A stretch of DNA of 64,000 nucleotides from Amphiscolops sp. MND2022 (lineage: Eukaryota). Each line of letters begins with the position of its first letter. The stretch's first letter is position 1. Below are positions 50,741 through 62,704 of the stretch, one piece after another. Made by a program: the position numbers and the translations under genes. The notes below the pieces were generated by a model. It ran no database searches. It saw only the letters and a list, made by a program, of their open reading frames with translations, and was not told the DNA's origin. The stretch lies in contig OZ076409.1 in NCBI GenBank assembly GCA_964187785.1, positions 26,724,001 to 26,788,000 on the forward strand, in the 5' to 3' direction.

Positions 50741-51002
50741 CTGCGCATCCGATTTCGTCCTGGTTGTTAGGGCAGTCTTTTTTGCCATTGCACCTCCACT
50801 CTTTGGGGATACAGTAGTGCACCCCCGGACACTGCCACATCTCCCCATCTTCGTCATTAGGGTCTCCGCACACCCTCAACTCCCCTGTCTGGTTGGTATC
50901 TTCCAGATACTGGGAGAGCTCTTCTGAGAGACTGTCTTCGGCGTACTCGTCCAACTCTTGTAAACTGGAGAACCGAGTCGCCTCCACTTTGCTGGCCATT
51001 AT
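50741..51002 (-). CDS. Exon encoding an LDL-receptor class A (LDLa) repeat preceded by an acidic linker
   Basis: CGDPNDEDGEMWQCPGVHYCIPKEWRCNGKKDCPNNQDEIGC has the six-Cys LDLa pattern. Flanked by a TTCTAG| acceptor and a CAG|GTGAGA phase-1 donor, with locally higher GC. The rest of the gene was not identified. Confidence 0.85.
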
Positions 51003-53019
51003 CTAGAACATTTAGAATTAATGAATACAATCAACATCAAAAATCATTCAACCTTTTTTGGAAAATTATTTTGCGTTCTACACATGAAATGTGTACACAG
51101 AAGCCGAAGGTTTTGAAAAATAGAACAATTCCGGTTTATTTGTGGGCAGCAAGCTTGTACGATCTCGATGTGGAATATAACCCATACTTGCTGTTTTTTT
51201 AACTATAAAATGAGAAAAAAGATTTGCAATACACGAAGTAGTGTATACCCTAGATGAATCTGCTGGATTTTTATATATCCTGCTTGCATGCTTGCAGGGC
51301 TATTTTTTAACGAAACATGGAAAAGTCAGGGAGCTTGCTAGGAAAAAACTTTGTAGGATGACAATGCAGCTTCCATTATTTCAAATAAAACTGAAAACAT
51401 TTCGGCATCTTTTTACGGTTCCGATCACTTTGTTCTCACGCGTTAATTTCTCAAGTATGCTTCCGATGTAATCACTGTTAGTCAAATTTAAGATACATCT
51501 AATAGGCAACTTGATACAATATAACTAGTTATTACTTAGTCAAATTTTGGTGCATGAAAGTTTCTATGAGAGTTCTATAAAATAATGATAAATTAGCTTG
51601 GCAACCTACCAAAACTTCTAAAAAGTTCAAGCAGTTTCAACTAAGGTTCTGAATGTAAATTAAGCCCGAAATAATACAATCACCAAACATGAACGAATGT
51701 CTTCTTCAAGATGACTGGCTGGACGCTGTGGTTTTGAAGTAATTTGCTCAAGATCACAAAAATCGGAATGTACAACTATGTGTTTTCAATTTTGCTTCTG
51801 TTCGTTCACTGCTTGTCATGACCTTACCACTAAACTAAGGATGAATGACCCAACAATGGTGAATTAAGAGATATTCGGACCCGATATCTTTTTTAAAACA
51901 AAAATGATGGTGTCTTAATTAAAAACCTCTATTTAAATTTTATAAGATGTAAACGTTTTGTCTCCAATGATGTTCAACTGGACGAACATTTTATATAATT
52001 GTACAAAATTGGCATTAAGTTTTCAATAACTTTGGACAAATTCAAAAGGTGTCATTCGTGTTCACTTTTCCAAAAAATTTCAAACATCTCCACAAATGCT
52101 ACGGTCCTTATTTTTTTTGTCGTTGAATTTTACAAAAAACTCTATAGTGGTTTTCAAGTGCCGTTGTGAAAAAGTTCGGCATTTCTTTCTTTTCAGAACG
52201 TTAATCACCGTCTTTGTACAATAATCAAAAACAAAAGGAAACTTTGAGATTCTTTGAAAAGAAGTCTTGCTAAGTCTGTTTGATAAAATCAGATCCATTC
52301 ATTTTTTGAAATGAAAATAAAATCATGCAAGTAACGTTGATTTTTTTTGCAGATTGTCTTTTTGCTAAAATATTCTGCTTCTTCTATTCTTTTCTTTGAA
52401 TTTCTAATTAGGAGACAGGGTATTGTATCAACGGGGGTCTAATTTCCTATTCAAATTCTGTCTGCCTTACATTTTCAGTCATGCTTGTATACTCCAGAGC
52501 ATAAAAAAGCATCAGTTTCAACTTAACTTCGACTAATGTTAAGGATGACGTATAACAGGAATTGAGCATCCTACTTGTTTTGACAAATCCACCAGATGTT
52601 TTGCTCAAGCTTTTTGTTCCACTCAACTAGTTGCAAAGAACTCTATTTTGATAATTTGATCACGCCTCTCAGATTTGTTCTTCTAGAAATAACGTCACGC
52701 TAGGTTAAATTCGAGAAACTTCTTTAATTCAAAAGTTGAGATCTTAAAGGCGGTGTAACTAAATTCTAATACGTGACTAGATTGGAACAAACCGGTTCTC
52801 GTCTTCAAATTAAGCTTGTTGCTCAAAAACAATAACATGTTTTTATGAGTAGGGGCACCCAGAAGTCAATTAGGGAAAATACGGTCAAAATAAGGTTAAA
52901 AACTAGACAAAAAGTAAAAAAAGTCAAAAATCAATCAATTCTATGACCCTTGCGCATTGAAACAATTTAAAGAAGTACGAAATTGGCTTTACCGTCAGGA
53001 GTTTCAAGAATGAAAAAAA

Positions 53020-54395
53020 AGAAAAGTTTATTTGACAGGAAAGGAGATTAACAACTTTTAAGTTACGATGAAGAACAATTCAAACTGGACCAGGAAAAGA
53101 GTTATCAAAACTCGTCCAGTCCCCGCCCGAAGAGAACCAATTAGGGATAATGAAATATGTACTAATCCAATTTTTGAGAATCGTCGACCAATAATAATAA
53201 TTCACTATAATGATGAGGAAATTTACACCTATTTCAAAATTAGGTTTCAGATTTTTCGAAATAAAGCGAAAATAGATGTTTATTATCAGCAAAAAAACGT
53301 TAGTTTTTTTAAATCAAACCCATAATTTGAAATCGACTGAGTTTCTTCAAGTTGCAGTGTGGCAAACTGGCTTCTGTCAGCCAGTTTGAAAATTTATTTA
53401 GAAAGTTTCTCGAAGATTTCCGTTGGGTAGTTGTTATACTGTACGCAGTTGCGAGGAGACCTTTTTTGTGCCACCTGGTACAATACGCGTTTTGAGAAGG
53501 CATATCAAAAGCATTTTTTGTAATTCGCCATTTGGCCGTAGTTGTCAAAAAAGTTCTTTTACGTTCTTCACAATGAGGAGTTCGAAAACAGGTAGAATTT
53601 TGTTACGTTGTAAAGTCACTTTTTTTTCTTTAGAGTCAAGAGAGTCAATTTTTTCTTTACAAAGATAGCTCGAAAAATACTCCGTTGAGCAGATTCGATT
53701 TTCCCCAAGTTCGATTTAGTTGCTGATCCATAGGTCGGAAGACCGTAACATATTACAGACTTTGCAAATGAGTTATAAAACATCAATAAAAACTTCTGCG
53801 TGTACATATGCCGTATTCTATAAACAAGACCACTATATGTATTGTATTTCTTCAGTACATACTCGATGTGTTCACAGAATCCTAGGTATCTCTCTACATA
53901 AACACCTAGAAATTTGCAAGCGCTTTTATAGGTCAAAGTGTGGTCCAATATATGTAGTTTACTAGGGTGTCCCCTTCCAAAACATTTTGATTCACATTTG
54001 TGTTAACTAATACTCAGCTTATGCGCACAAAACTATTCAAATAATCGATCGATGTCTTTTTAAATTGAGCAACAGCCTTCACGGTTGGCTTTGATGAATG
54101 TAATAATATCAGCCAAAACGGCCAATTTGCAATCAATCTCCCCTGAGTTGATGTCATTTATGTAAAGCCAAAACAGAAAAGGTCATAAGACTGAACCCTG
54201 GGGAACCAGTTTCAACGCTCAGGATTGGCGTATTCGTTCTATTGTCTGAGAGATAACAGCTAATAATATCGTGGATCTTCCCCCTAAAGCCCTAACTATC
54301 AAGCTTAAACATCAGTATTTCATGATACAAAGTATCGAAAGCTTTTTGTAAGTCGATGAAACATCCTTGTCATTGAGCTTTTTTGTCAATCTCAG
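53020..54395 (-). mobile_element. CR1/L2-like LINE 3' fragment (degenerate RT and C-terminus)
   Basis: CFIDLQKAFDTL, QGSVL..LYINDI, KFLGVYV..HIEYV..LLMFYNSFAKSVICYG..AQRSIFRAIF. AATAAA near the 3' end. Confidence 0.85.
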
Positions 54396-56400
54396 AATTC
54401 TCTTGGAAATTATGAATTGTATTCGACCAGAAGTTTCGTCTTTGGTCTTTGGGTTTTTGCAGATACTATCGGCAGCCTCATGCACCGAAATTGAAAAAAA
54501 CTGATGTTTTCGAAGATCAAAACATTCCAGATAAACTTAACAAATGTTTTGTGTTCTGTTTCACCCCTACTTATGAGCACACTGGAACCATATAAAACAT
54601 TTTGTCTACTTTGAGGAAATTAGCCCACAGAAAATTCTTAGTTCGCTTCTTATAAAACTCAAAATGACTTACCGATCAATCAATTTTATATGGAAAATTG
54701 TCATATCTATTCAAAGTTCAAAAATTACTTAAAACGGTTACTTATCAAGAGCATATTTTGATCATCACCATCTATTTTCTTGAATCTTTTTTCTTGAAAT
54801 GTTTTTGATCTATCCAAGGTATTTGAACAGCTTCTCGTTCAAAGGAAACGAGGACTGGTTTTGGCAAGGTATTCTTTGGATGGTAACTTCCACGAACCAG
54901 CAAACATTTAAAGCACGTCGTTTGATCTTGACTAATATTTGAGTGATCTTGTTCCAAACGGCTTTGAGAAAGTTCTGTGGTGGCCGACACAAAATCAATA
55001 GGGCCTTACTGTTAAAGGGAAACTTCAAAATTGTTTCTATTTTCGGAACTTAACTGTAATTAATAACAAAATTGAAATTGTGCGCGCCGTCCTGAGCGCT
55101 AACTGGTACTTAGACTTAGTTTAGACATGAAACCTTCTGTCTTTTGACGGTCATTATTGTTCCAGTTTGTCTTACGCCACGTGAAATCTTGAATTACTTA
55201 GCTGAGTAAAACTAATTGATCCCAACGCCCAAATTTTGAGAAACTTTCCCACAAGTTCACTTTCAAGTCTCTTGTGATTCCTTGGGTATTGCCCCAAGGA
55301 TTTTCTCAAACAAGCAAGGAACACAAAATTTATGGACTCCGCAATAAAATATGTCATAAAAACAATGTTTATTTGATCTTTTGCAATCTCCTTTCAAAAT
55401 GTTGGTATACCTTGGGTCTTCAAACCCTAAATCATATAATTTGTAACTAACTCAAACTAGAATGTACCGCCACTTCAAAGCGTGAAAAAACGTTACATAG
55501 TTTCATTCCTGAGACAAGTTTGGGCAAATAAATCAATTTTTGTTTTATTGGATACAGTTGAACAAATGTTTTATCTAGATCCTTTAATGAGATTATAATA
55601 AACCCCCTTTGATAAAAATAAATATACCAGCCTATAAATTAAAAGTGCAGTCGGAGACCCTTTGGAAACGATCGCTATCATAATCAAAGTAAACACTCGC
55701 CCAACAAAAAGTCTTTCAACCTTCCGATCGCTAATTTGTTTACAATAAGCTATTGAGAAAATGAAATATCGATCCCAAGATTGCATGTCTTAACAACGGA
55801 ACAAGCAATACCGGTCAAAGAGCGGCTTGCAACAGGTTATTCTTGAATAAGCTTTGCATATGCAATTGCTGTCTTTCGCAGTTTTGCGACAGTTTTGAAT
55901 GTTTCCGTGAATATGAAAGTTCAGAGTGAAGATCAAGTAAAAACAATTAGCTACATATGCTGCCACTTTAAGGACAGAAGTTGAGTTTTATTGCAAAGCA
56001 AATGTGTGCAATGATTCAAAATGACCAATGGGGATGATTTTAGGGGATGATGGCCACCGGTGTAGTGGTTAGAGCATAACGTTTTTGTTGGAATCAGTTT
56101 GAAATCACCTTCGGTTATGGGCGAATGTTTTGTCAGAAAGTTTGTGGAATGTTCACGGAAAAAACGCATTTGACGGAGCAAACTGAATTGAAAAGAGCAA
56201 CGGTGAGCAGACAGACCTTTGTGACCTTGAGCAACTCGCTTTGAAATCACAGCTCCAAGCGGACTATCTTTTTCCACATGGCTGAAAAATGGTACTCAGC
56301 TTGCTATATGAGTTTCTGGAAAAGGCACTTTAAAAAAATTGGGATAATTTTGTTTAAATGAAAAAATATTCAACGAAATAACGTCCAACTAAATAAGGTA

Positions 56401-57270
56401 AAAAAACCAGAGCCGCATATGCGGTAAAGGAGTCGGCTTAAGTCTTTTTTCTTCTGACTCGCTTTCGTTCGAATCGTATGAACAGTATGTGAGAAAATCG
56501 AAAAAATCGAAAAATGACTGTTTTTTTGGCCATTTTTGGGCTAAATTTGGCTATGTTTCTCACATCCCAGCCATACGAATTTAATGAAATTGCACATAAG
56601 GGACCATGATATGGTGTAGAATAACTGTAGAAAATTTCGTTCGAATCGTATGGACAGTTTTTGAGAAAAGCGAAAAAAGTCGAAAAATGGCTGTTTTTTG
56701 GCCATTTTTGGGCTAATTTTGGCTATGTTTCTCACATCCCAGCCATACGATTTTGATGTCATTGCACATATAGGACTCTAATATGGTGTAGAATGACTGC
56801 CCAGGTTGTCTGTCATGGCTCGTTCATGGAAAATCATCCATGATCATGGATTTTTCGACGCATTACTTCTACTTTCATGGAAAATCAGGGATGGCCCATG
56901 GCAGGGCATGGCCCCATGGATCATCATCCATGATTTTGACCCATGATTCATCCATGTTGAGCCATGTTGAAAATTTCGTTCGAATCGTATGGACAGTTTT
57001 TGAGAAAATCGGAAAAAATCGAAAAATGGCTGTTTTTGGGCATTTTTGGGCTAATTCTTGCTATGTTTCTCACATTCCAGTCATACGATTTTGATGCCTT
57101 TGCGCATGCAGGGGCTCCTTTGGGTGTAGAATGACTGTGCAAAATGTTATGAAAATCGTATGGACAGTTTTTGAGAAATTTGAACTTTTCATGAAAAGGT
57201 CGGGAGAAAAAAAACAAAAAAAACAGCACGATTGCATAAGTAGTCGAAAATTTTTTCCGACTCCTAAAAA
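56401..57270 (-). mobile_element. HINE-like element, family B, copy 2, with expanded internal tandem units and a CATG-rich insert
   Basis: Same termini as 25766-26188. TTCGTTCGAATCGTATG(G/A)ACAG unit occurs at ~56464, ~56636 and ~56975. Confidence 0.75.
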
Positions 57271-57651
57271 CGACGAAAGGAACGCAAACCATGCTGAAAT
57301 TAAGAACTATAGTTGCTTGATATTTTTGACAGAAAAAAACTGTATCGTAGAATATACCGAAATGCAGACTAAAAAGGAAAATTAGGCGTCAAGGATGCGC
57401 TTGTAATTACTTTCCCCTCGACGATGAGTACTTTTGGTTTTGTTTTGACAGTTTATTCTGTGAAATGTGTCGTTATGCATTGAAATATAAGGCTGATTTT
57501 GTTCATGGCAAAGATGGAACTGCTTTCTCAAGTAACTGCACAGCTTTTTTTCTCCAGCTTTAACACGTCAACTTGTTGTTTTTTGAGTTGAAAGATCTAT
57601 CCAACTAGCATGTGTCATTTTTCATGTTGAAAATATAATGTAAAATCACCA

Positions 57652-59252
57652 AAAAATCTATTTTTCCCGCGGAATTTTCATTTGGAAAACCGTTATGGAG
57701 CGTTGCTCCGCTAACTAGACTAGATCGTGGGTTTAGGGTTATAGCCGTTATTAAAGCCCAAACTATGAAGATATTTTGACACTTCTTTACTTCTTTATTG
57801 ATTTAAAGCAACTTTGGGTTCAGGTTTTAATACATTTTTTTCACTACCGTCAACTCCACCAAACTACAGTAGCGTTCTAAAATTTTGCAACTCCATTATT
57901 CAAATAGACAAAATTCAAACCTACTGAAGTTTTTCGAACAAGATTTTTTTCCGAATCACAAAAAATACACTATATTTTGTGTCTATGAGCACTGAAGTAC
58001 ATGTATGTAAGATAGGCTATGAAAATTGTATTTAAAAAATGATGATTTTTATTTGAAACTGAAAAAGTGTTTCAATCAAATCATATCAGAATCCCCTGGG
58101 GACTCAAGGGCTAATGATTGACTGCAATTTTTTCAAAAACATTTTTCCAACTTAGTAAAAATTAAGAAAAAGTGCAAATTCGATGAAATTTTAGCGAAAT
58201 TCACAATTTCTTACTTTTGTAATTTGTTGCAAAAATTTCAAACAGACTTTTTTGTAAACTAGATGAAATTCTGAGAAATTTTCCTAGCTGACATTTTTCG
58301 TTATCGTGACAGTTTTTAAGATATTTGGATTTGAAATTTGCAATTTTAAGCAATGGAGTTGCGAAAGTTTAGATCGCTACTGTAATGATATTTGCCTATC
58401 ATTAACTCGTCATTGACTCTTTTGAGTTTGTATTAGTAAGTTTCAAAAACAAAACTGAATTTTTGAACACCGAAGTACGCTAAGCATACAAGTAGTGTGT
58501 TGGAGCCTGTGGACCCTCATTCTCACAAAAAAACCGTAATATGTCCACAATTGCATTTAAAAAACGAGAATTGGGAAGAAAGAAAGTAGGCGAAAGTTAA
58601 TTTTTCAATTTCGTGACTGGATGACAAAAAGTTCTTACGCTTTGCTAAGTTGGTGCCTTTTTTCGGAAACTCATATCGTAGGTATCACATTTGCATCCGA
58701 ATGGTCGAGCAAGGGTGGGCTTGAAACTGCAATTTCAACCCAACTAGCCTAATTAACGAAAAATGTGAACCAATTTTTATGAATTTTGTCCTCTTTTAAT
58801 GCAAAATTGTTAGCCATAATCACACCACACGACTAGAATGAAAGGATTTTTTTAAGGTCCATTTTTGGCTGGCAGTTGCGAGTGATTCAAACCCTGTGGC
58901 CCACCGATAACTTCATCGAATTCACCGAAATTGCTATCAGTGGGCAATGTTGGACATGAATAAAATCGCTACAGATGGACGCGCACATTGCAAAATGGTT
59001 GTTCAAAGGTGTTATGTCGACAAAAGCACGGAAGCCCATCGAGTGCAAACTAAACGCAGTTCTCGAGTTTTTGAGGAATTCGCTCGCTTGATAAACCGAT
59101 ATTCAACGTCATTCGATTAATCCAGCAACAATATGTGAAACTTGTTGGAACAGTTACATGGACGTGATGGAGTATTTTAAGGACAATTAGGCAAAAATTG
59201 GTGAAATTGTATTTGCTCATTTGAAACACTCCAATGCCTTCTCTCGCACAAT
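57652..59252 (+). repeat. Segmental duplication copy A (copy B = 59672-64000, with extra segments)
   Basis: 57652-57856 matches 59672-59880; 57856-58160 matches 60342-60647; 58160-59252 matches 62908-64000. Confidence 0.92.
57867..58382. mobile_element. Tc1/mariner-type MITE (duplicated copy 60353-63131 carries a ~2.26 kb insertion)
   Basis: TIRs CAGTAGCGTTCTAAAATTTTGCAACTCC / GGAGTTGCGAAAGTTTAGATCGCTACTG, flanked by TA on both sides. Confidence 0.85.
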
Positions 59253-59849
59253 AGTAGACATTACCTTGAAACTAGCTGTTCACCACGTATTTGAGTTCCT
59301 TGAGGTTTGGGAAATTGCTTGAATTTGCTTTAAAAGGTACCTGTATGCTCTCTTAAACTTCTCACTCTGAAAACCCGTTGATGAAAAGGCATGCGATAAT
59401 TTTATTGAAGTAGTAATGTTTTACATGTTAAAATTTGTAATCAACAAGTTAAAATGCCGAAAACGTTTTTAACAGTTAAATATGACAGTCATGCTTTCGT
59501 CTATAAATCGTGAAAATCTATGGAAATTCAAACAACTTGTTAAGGTCTCAAAACATCGATTCCTATCTGGTCTCCGATGACCAATTGAGAAAAAACGGGC
59601 TCTCACAAAGCTATCAACGTTCTGGTACAGTGAAAAAATTTCATGGGAAATATACTAAGAAGCAAATTTGAAAATCTATTTTTCCCGCGGAATTTTTTTT
59701 TTGAAAATCGTTATGGAGAGTTGCTCCGCTAACTAGACTAGATCCTGAGTTTAGGGTTATATCCATTATTAAAGCCCCAACTATACAGATATTTTGACGC
59801 TTCTTTACTTCTTTTTTTTAATTATTTAAAGCAACTTTGGATTCAGGTT

Positions 59850-60340
59850 TAAATACACTTTTTTTCTTTACCGTCAACTCAAGAAGAACTTCATCAAGAA
59901 TTTGGTCAACCATGTTTGTCGAGGTTTTGCAAATTCCCGTTTGCCTTTGGAAGCAATGGTAAAACTTTTGCAGATTTTCATTGAAAGTTCTGTTTCATTT
60001 GAAACCATGTAAGGATTTGTCTTTGAGGTTTCATTAATGCTCCGCTTTGGGCTCACAAAGCACTCAGTCATTTATAAAGTCTTGACGGTTTTATTCAAAT
60101 GATTTTGAAAAACACCTCAGTGCGGAAGTTATCCGAAAGGGAATTTTCAGGTTCGAGAGATTATTTTCCCCTGTTAAAGAATGAGAAAACCGGAAAACAT
60201 TGAAGACAAGTCCCAGAATGCCGCGAAAACTACAAGAGAATTCCAAGTAGCCTATTCTTATGTTGTTAATCTTGGGTGATACCCATTTCCACAAAAAATT
60301 CTGGTTCCGTAAACACACTCCTCTAAAATTGTATTTTTTG
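59850..60340 (-). mobile_element. Possible RTE-clade LINE C-terminal remnant
   Basis: Degenerate peptides ALRCFSK.. and KGKREFAKPRQTW resemble the RTE C-terminal GKRxxGRPRxxW motif. Confidence 0.4.
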
Positions 60341-61381
60341 TCCACCAAACTACAGTAGCGTTCTGAAATTTTGCAACTCCATTATTCAAATAGACAAAAT
60401 TCAAACCTACTGAAGTTTTTCGAACGAGATTTTTTTCCGAATCACAAAAAATACACTATATTTTGTGTCTATGAGCACTGAAGTACATGTATGTAAGATA
60501 GGCTATGAAAATTGTATTTTAAAAAGTGATAATTTTTATTAGAAGCTGAAAAAGTGTTTCAATCAAATCATATCAGAATCCCCTGGGGACTTGGAGGCTA
60601 ATAATTGACTGCAATTTTTTCAAAAATATTTTTCCAACTTAGTAAAAACAAGACGCCCGCTGAGCAGCGAGATATTTTCCGCCCGAACTGTTCTACAACT
60701 ACATAAATTCGAGGCTCAAGGATAACTAATGCACTATAAAAACGCTAAGAAGTTCGAAGAAAAGAAAGCTTCGATTTATCTTTGGCCAATTGTGAAGGAA
60801 ACACCTTTATTTTAGTATTTCTGCGATAGCTGGCCAGTTTTCGTAATTTCGACACTATGCGACTTACCGAGTGAAATTTTTCATTTTTTTTTCGAAAACA
60901 ATTTTCGAAAAATCTTCTTTGCAAGTTTTAGTTTTTGAGGTTTTCTGTGAAAGAAATAAGTTTCCCGAGTCTTACGGGTGACCTTTCCGTTACTTTTAAC
61001 CATGTGGAACTGATGGAGTCTCTTATTGACTGTACATCATTTCAGTTTTTTTCGGCCCCGTACCTCTTCCCGAAATTTTCATTTGGTCAAAGCGTAGCCC
61101 CTTGATTTCATAGCTGATTTCGGCATAAAAAAGGTAGATTGTGAGCTGAAACTTGTTCCGCCTTCTCAGGATTTTACCGAAAAAAAATCAAAAATATGGC
61201 GTTCTGAAAATCTTGTTGGGAAAAAAGTGGTTTCAGAGTCTCAGGAGTATTTATTGGGATTATTTTTGGCACTGAGAAAATGGTTTAGGCTTGAAACTAG
61301 GTCATTTGCAAGTTTAAGGAACTTGAGCGGTCCCTGGTTGGTATATTTTTGCACACCGTTCCATCAAAGGTGTCAAAAATT

Positions 61382-62704
61382 GGAAATTTTTCTGACAACT
61401 TTGGGATCAAATTGAGGAACTTTTCTAACATGAATCTACAGATGTCTTCTCACAAATAGGCCTACTGGACACCGAGTTTAGTTGTTGTTTATTGCTTTCA
61501 CCATTCGAACCCACGATATAGTTTGAAACATTTTCCTTTGGAAGGTGTTCTCCATAGCTATTGGTAATAGGAAAATTTTGGGTTTTTTGTCGTTTTTGGT
61601 GCCAACTTGAGATTTTCTTCATCTAGAAAACTGCATTAAATTCTTCGGAAAAACTTTTTGGACCAATACTGCTCCTTGCTTACGCTTCGCAACATTCTGA
61701 TCTACAAAGTCTGTCGAAATTGTGACAAAAGTTGCATAAAAAATTCGAAAAATGGAAAGTTTTGGGCTTTTTGTCACTTTCGGTTTCAATTTGAGACATT
61801 TTTCATTTAGAAAAAAGAAATACCCTTTTCGGAAAAGCCTACTGGACAGCTAATACGGGCCACGTTGACCATTTTCAATATTCTAATCAACGAAGTCCTT
61901 CTAAAATTCGACAAAAATTGAATAAAATCGTTAAAAATCGGGAAATTTTTGGAATTTTGGTCATTTATTGGGTCAATTTTCTCTGACAAAACCGCATTTA
62001 TCTCTTGCTAGAAAACTATTGGACAACAACATCGTGCCTTGTTGAACGTTTGCAACATTCTAATTTGCGATGTTTATCAGTAAATTGACAAAAAACGCAT
62101 GAAAACGGTGAAAATTGAGAAATTTTGAGTTTTGTTTCTTTTTCGGGGCCAATTTGAGATATTTTTCAATGAGAAAACTGCAATAAATTCTCTAGAAAAG
62201 CCTACTGGACTAATACGTTTTCCTTGCTGACGCTTCTCAACATTCTAATCTACGAAGTCTATCGAAAATTTGACAAAAATGCATTTAAAAGTTTGAAAAA
62301 TGGAAAGTTTTGGGTTTTTTTGTTATTTTTGGTATCAATTTGAGACCTTTTTCATTTGGAAAAAAGCAATTATCATTTCTGAAAAGCCTACCGGACAGCA
62401 AATGCGTGCCATGTTGAGCGTTCTCAACATATTAATTAACGAAGTATGTCGAAAATTTGACAAAAATTGCTTAAAATCGTTAAAAATCAGAAAATTTTGG
62501 AATTTTTGTCATTTTGGGGTCAATTTTCTGGTACAAAATCACATTTATCTCTTCATAGAAGACTATTGGAGAATGAATTCGTGCCCTGTTGAACGTTTTC
62601 AACATTCTAATTCGCGGTGTCTCTCAAAAAAATGACAAAAATTGCATAAAAACGTTAAAATTATGAGAAATTTGGGAATTTTTGTCATTTTCGGGGTCAT
62701 TTCG
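61382..62704 (+). repeat. Tandem satellite, ~175-190 bp monomers, ~7 copies
   Basis: Recurring (G)GAAATTTT(G)GG..TTTTGTCA..CAATTT, CTACTGGAC and CAACATTCTAAT..GACAAAAA. Monomer starts at ~61382, 61571, 61753, 61940, 62117, 62302, 62489 and 62665 (partial). Confidence 0.9.

Noticed and set aside
56130..56285. Signal-peptide-like upstream exon for the LDLa gene (VCLLTVALFNSVCSVKC)
   Set aside because: An in-frame TGA separates it from the ATG, and the candidate donors are weak.
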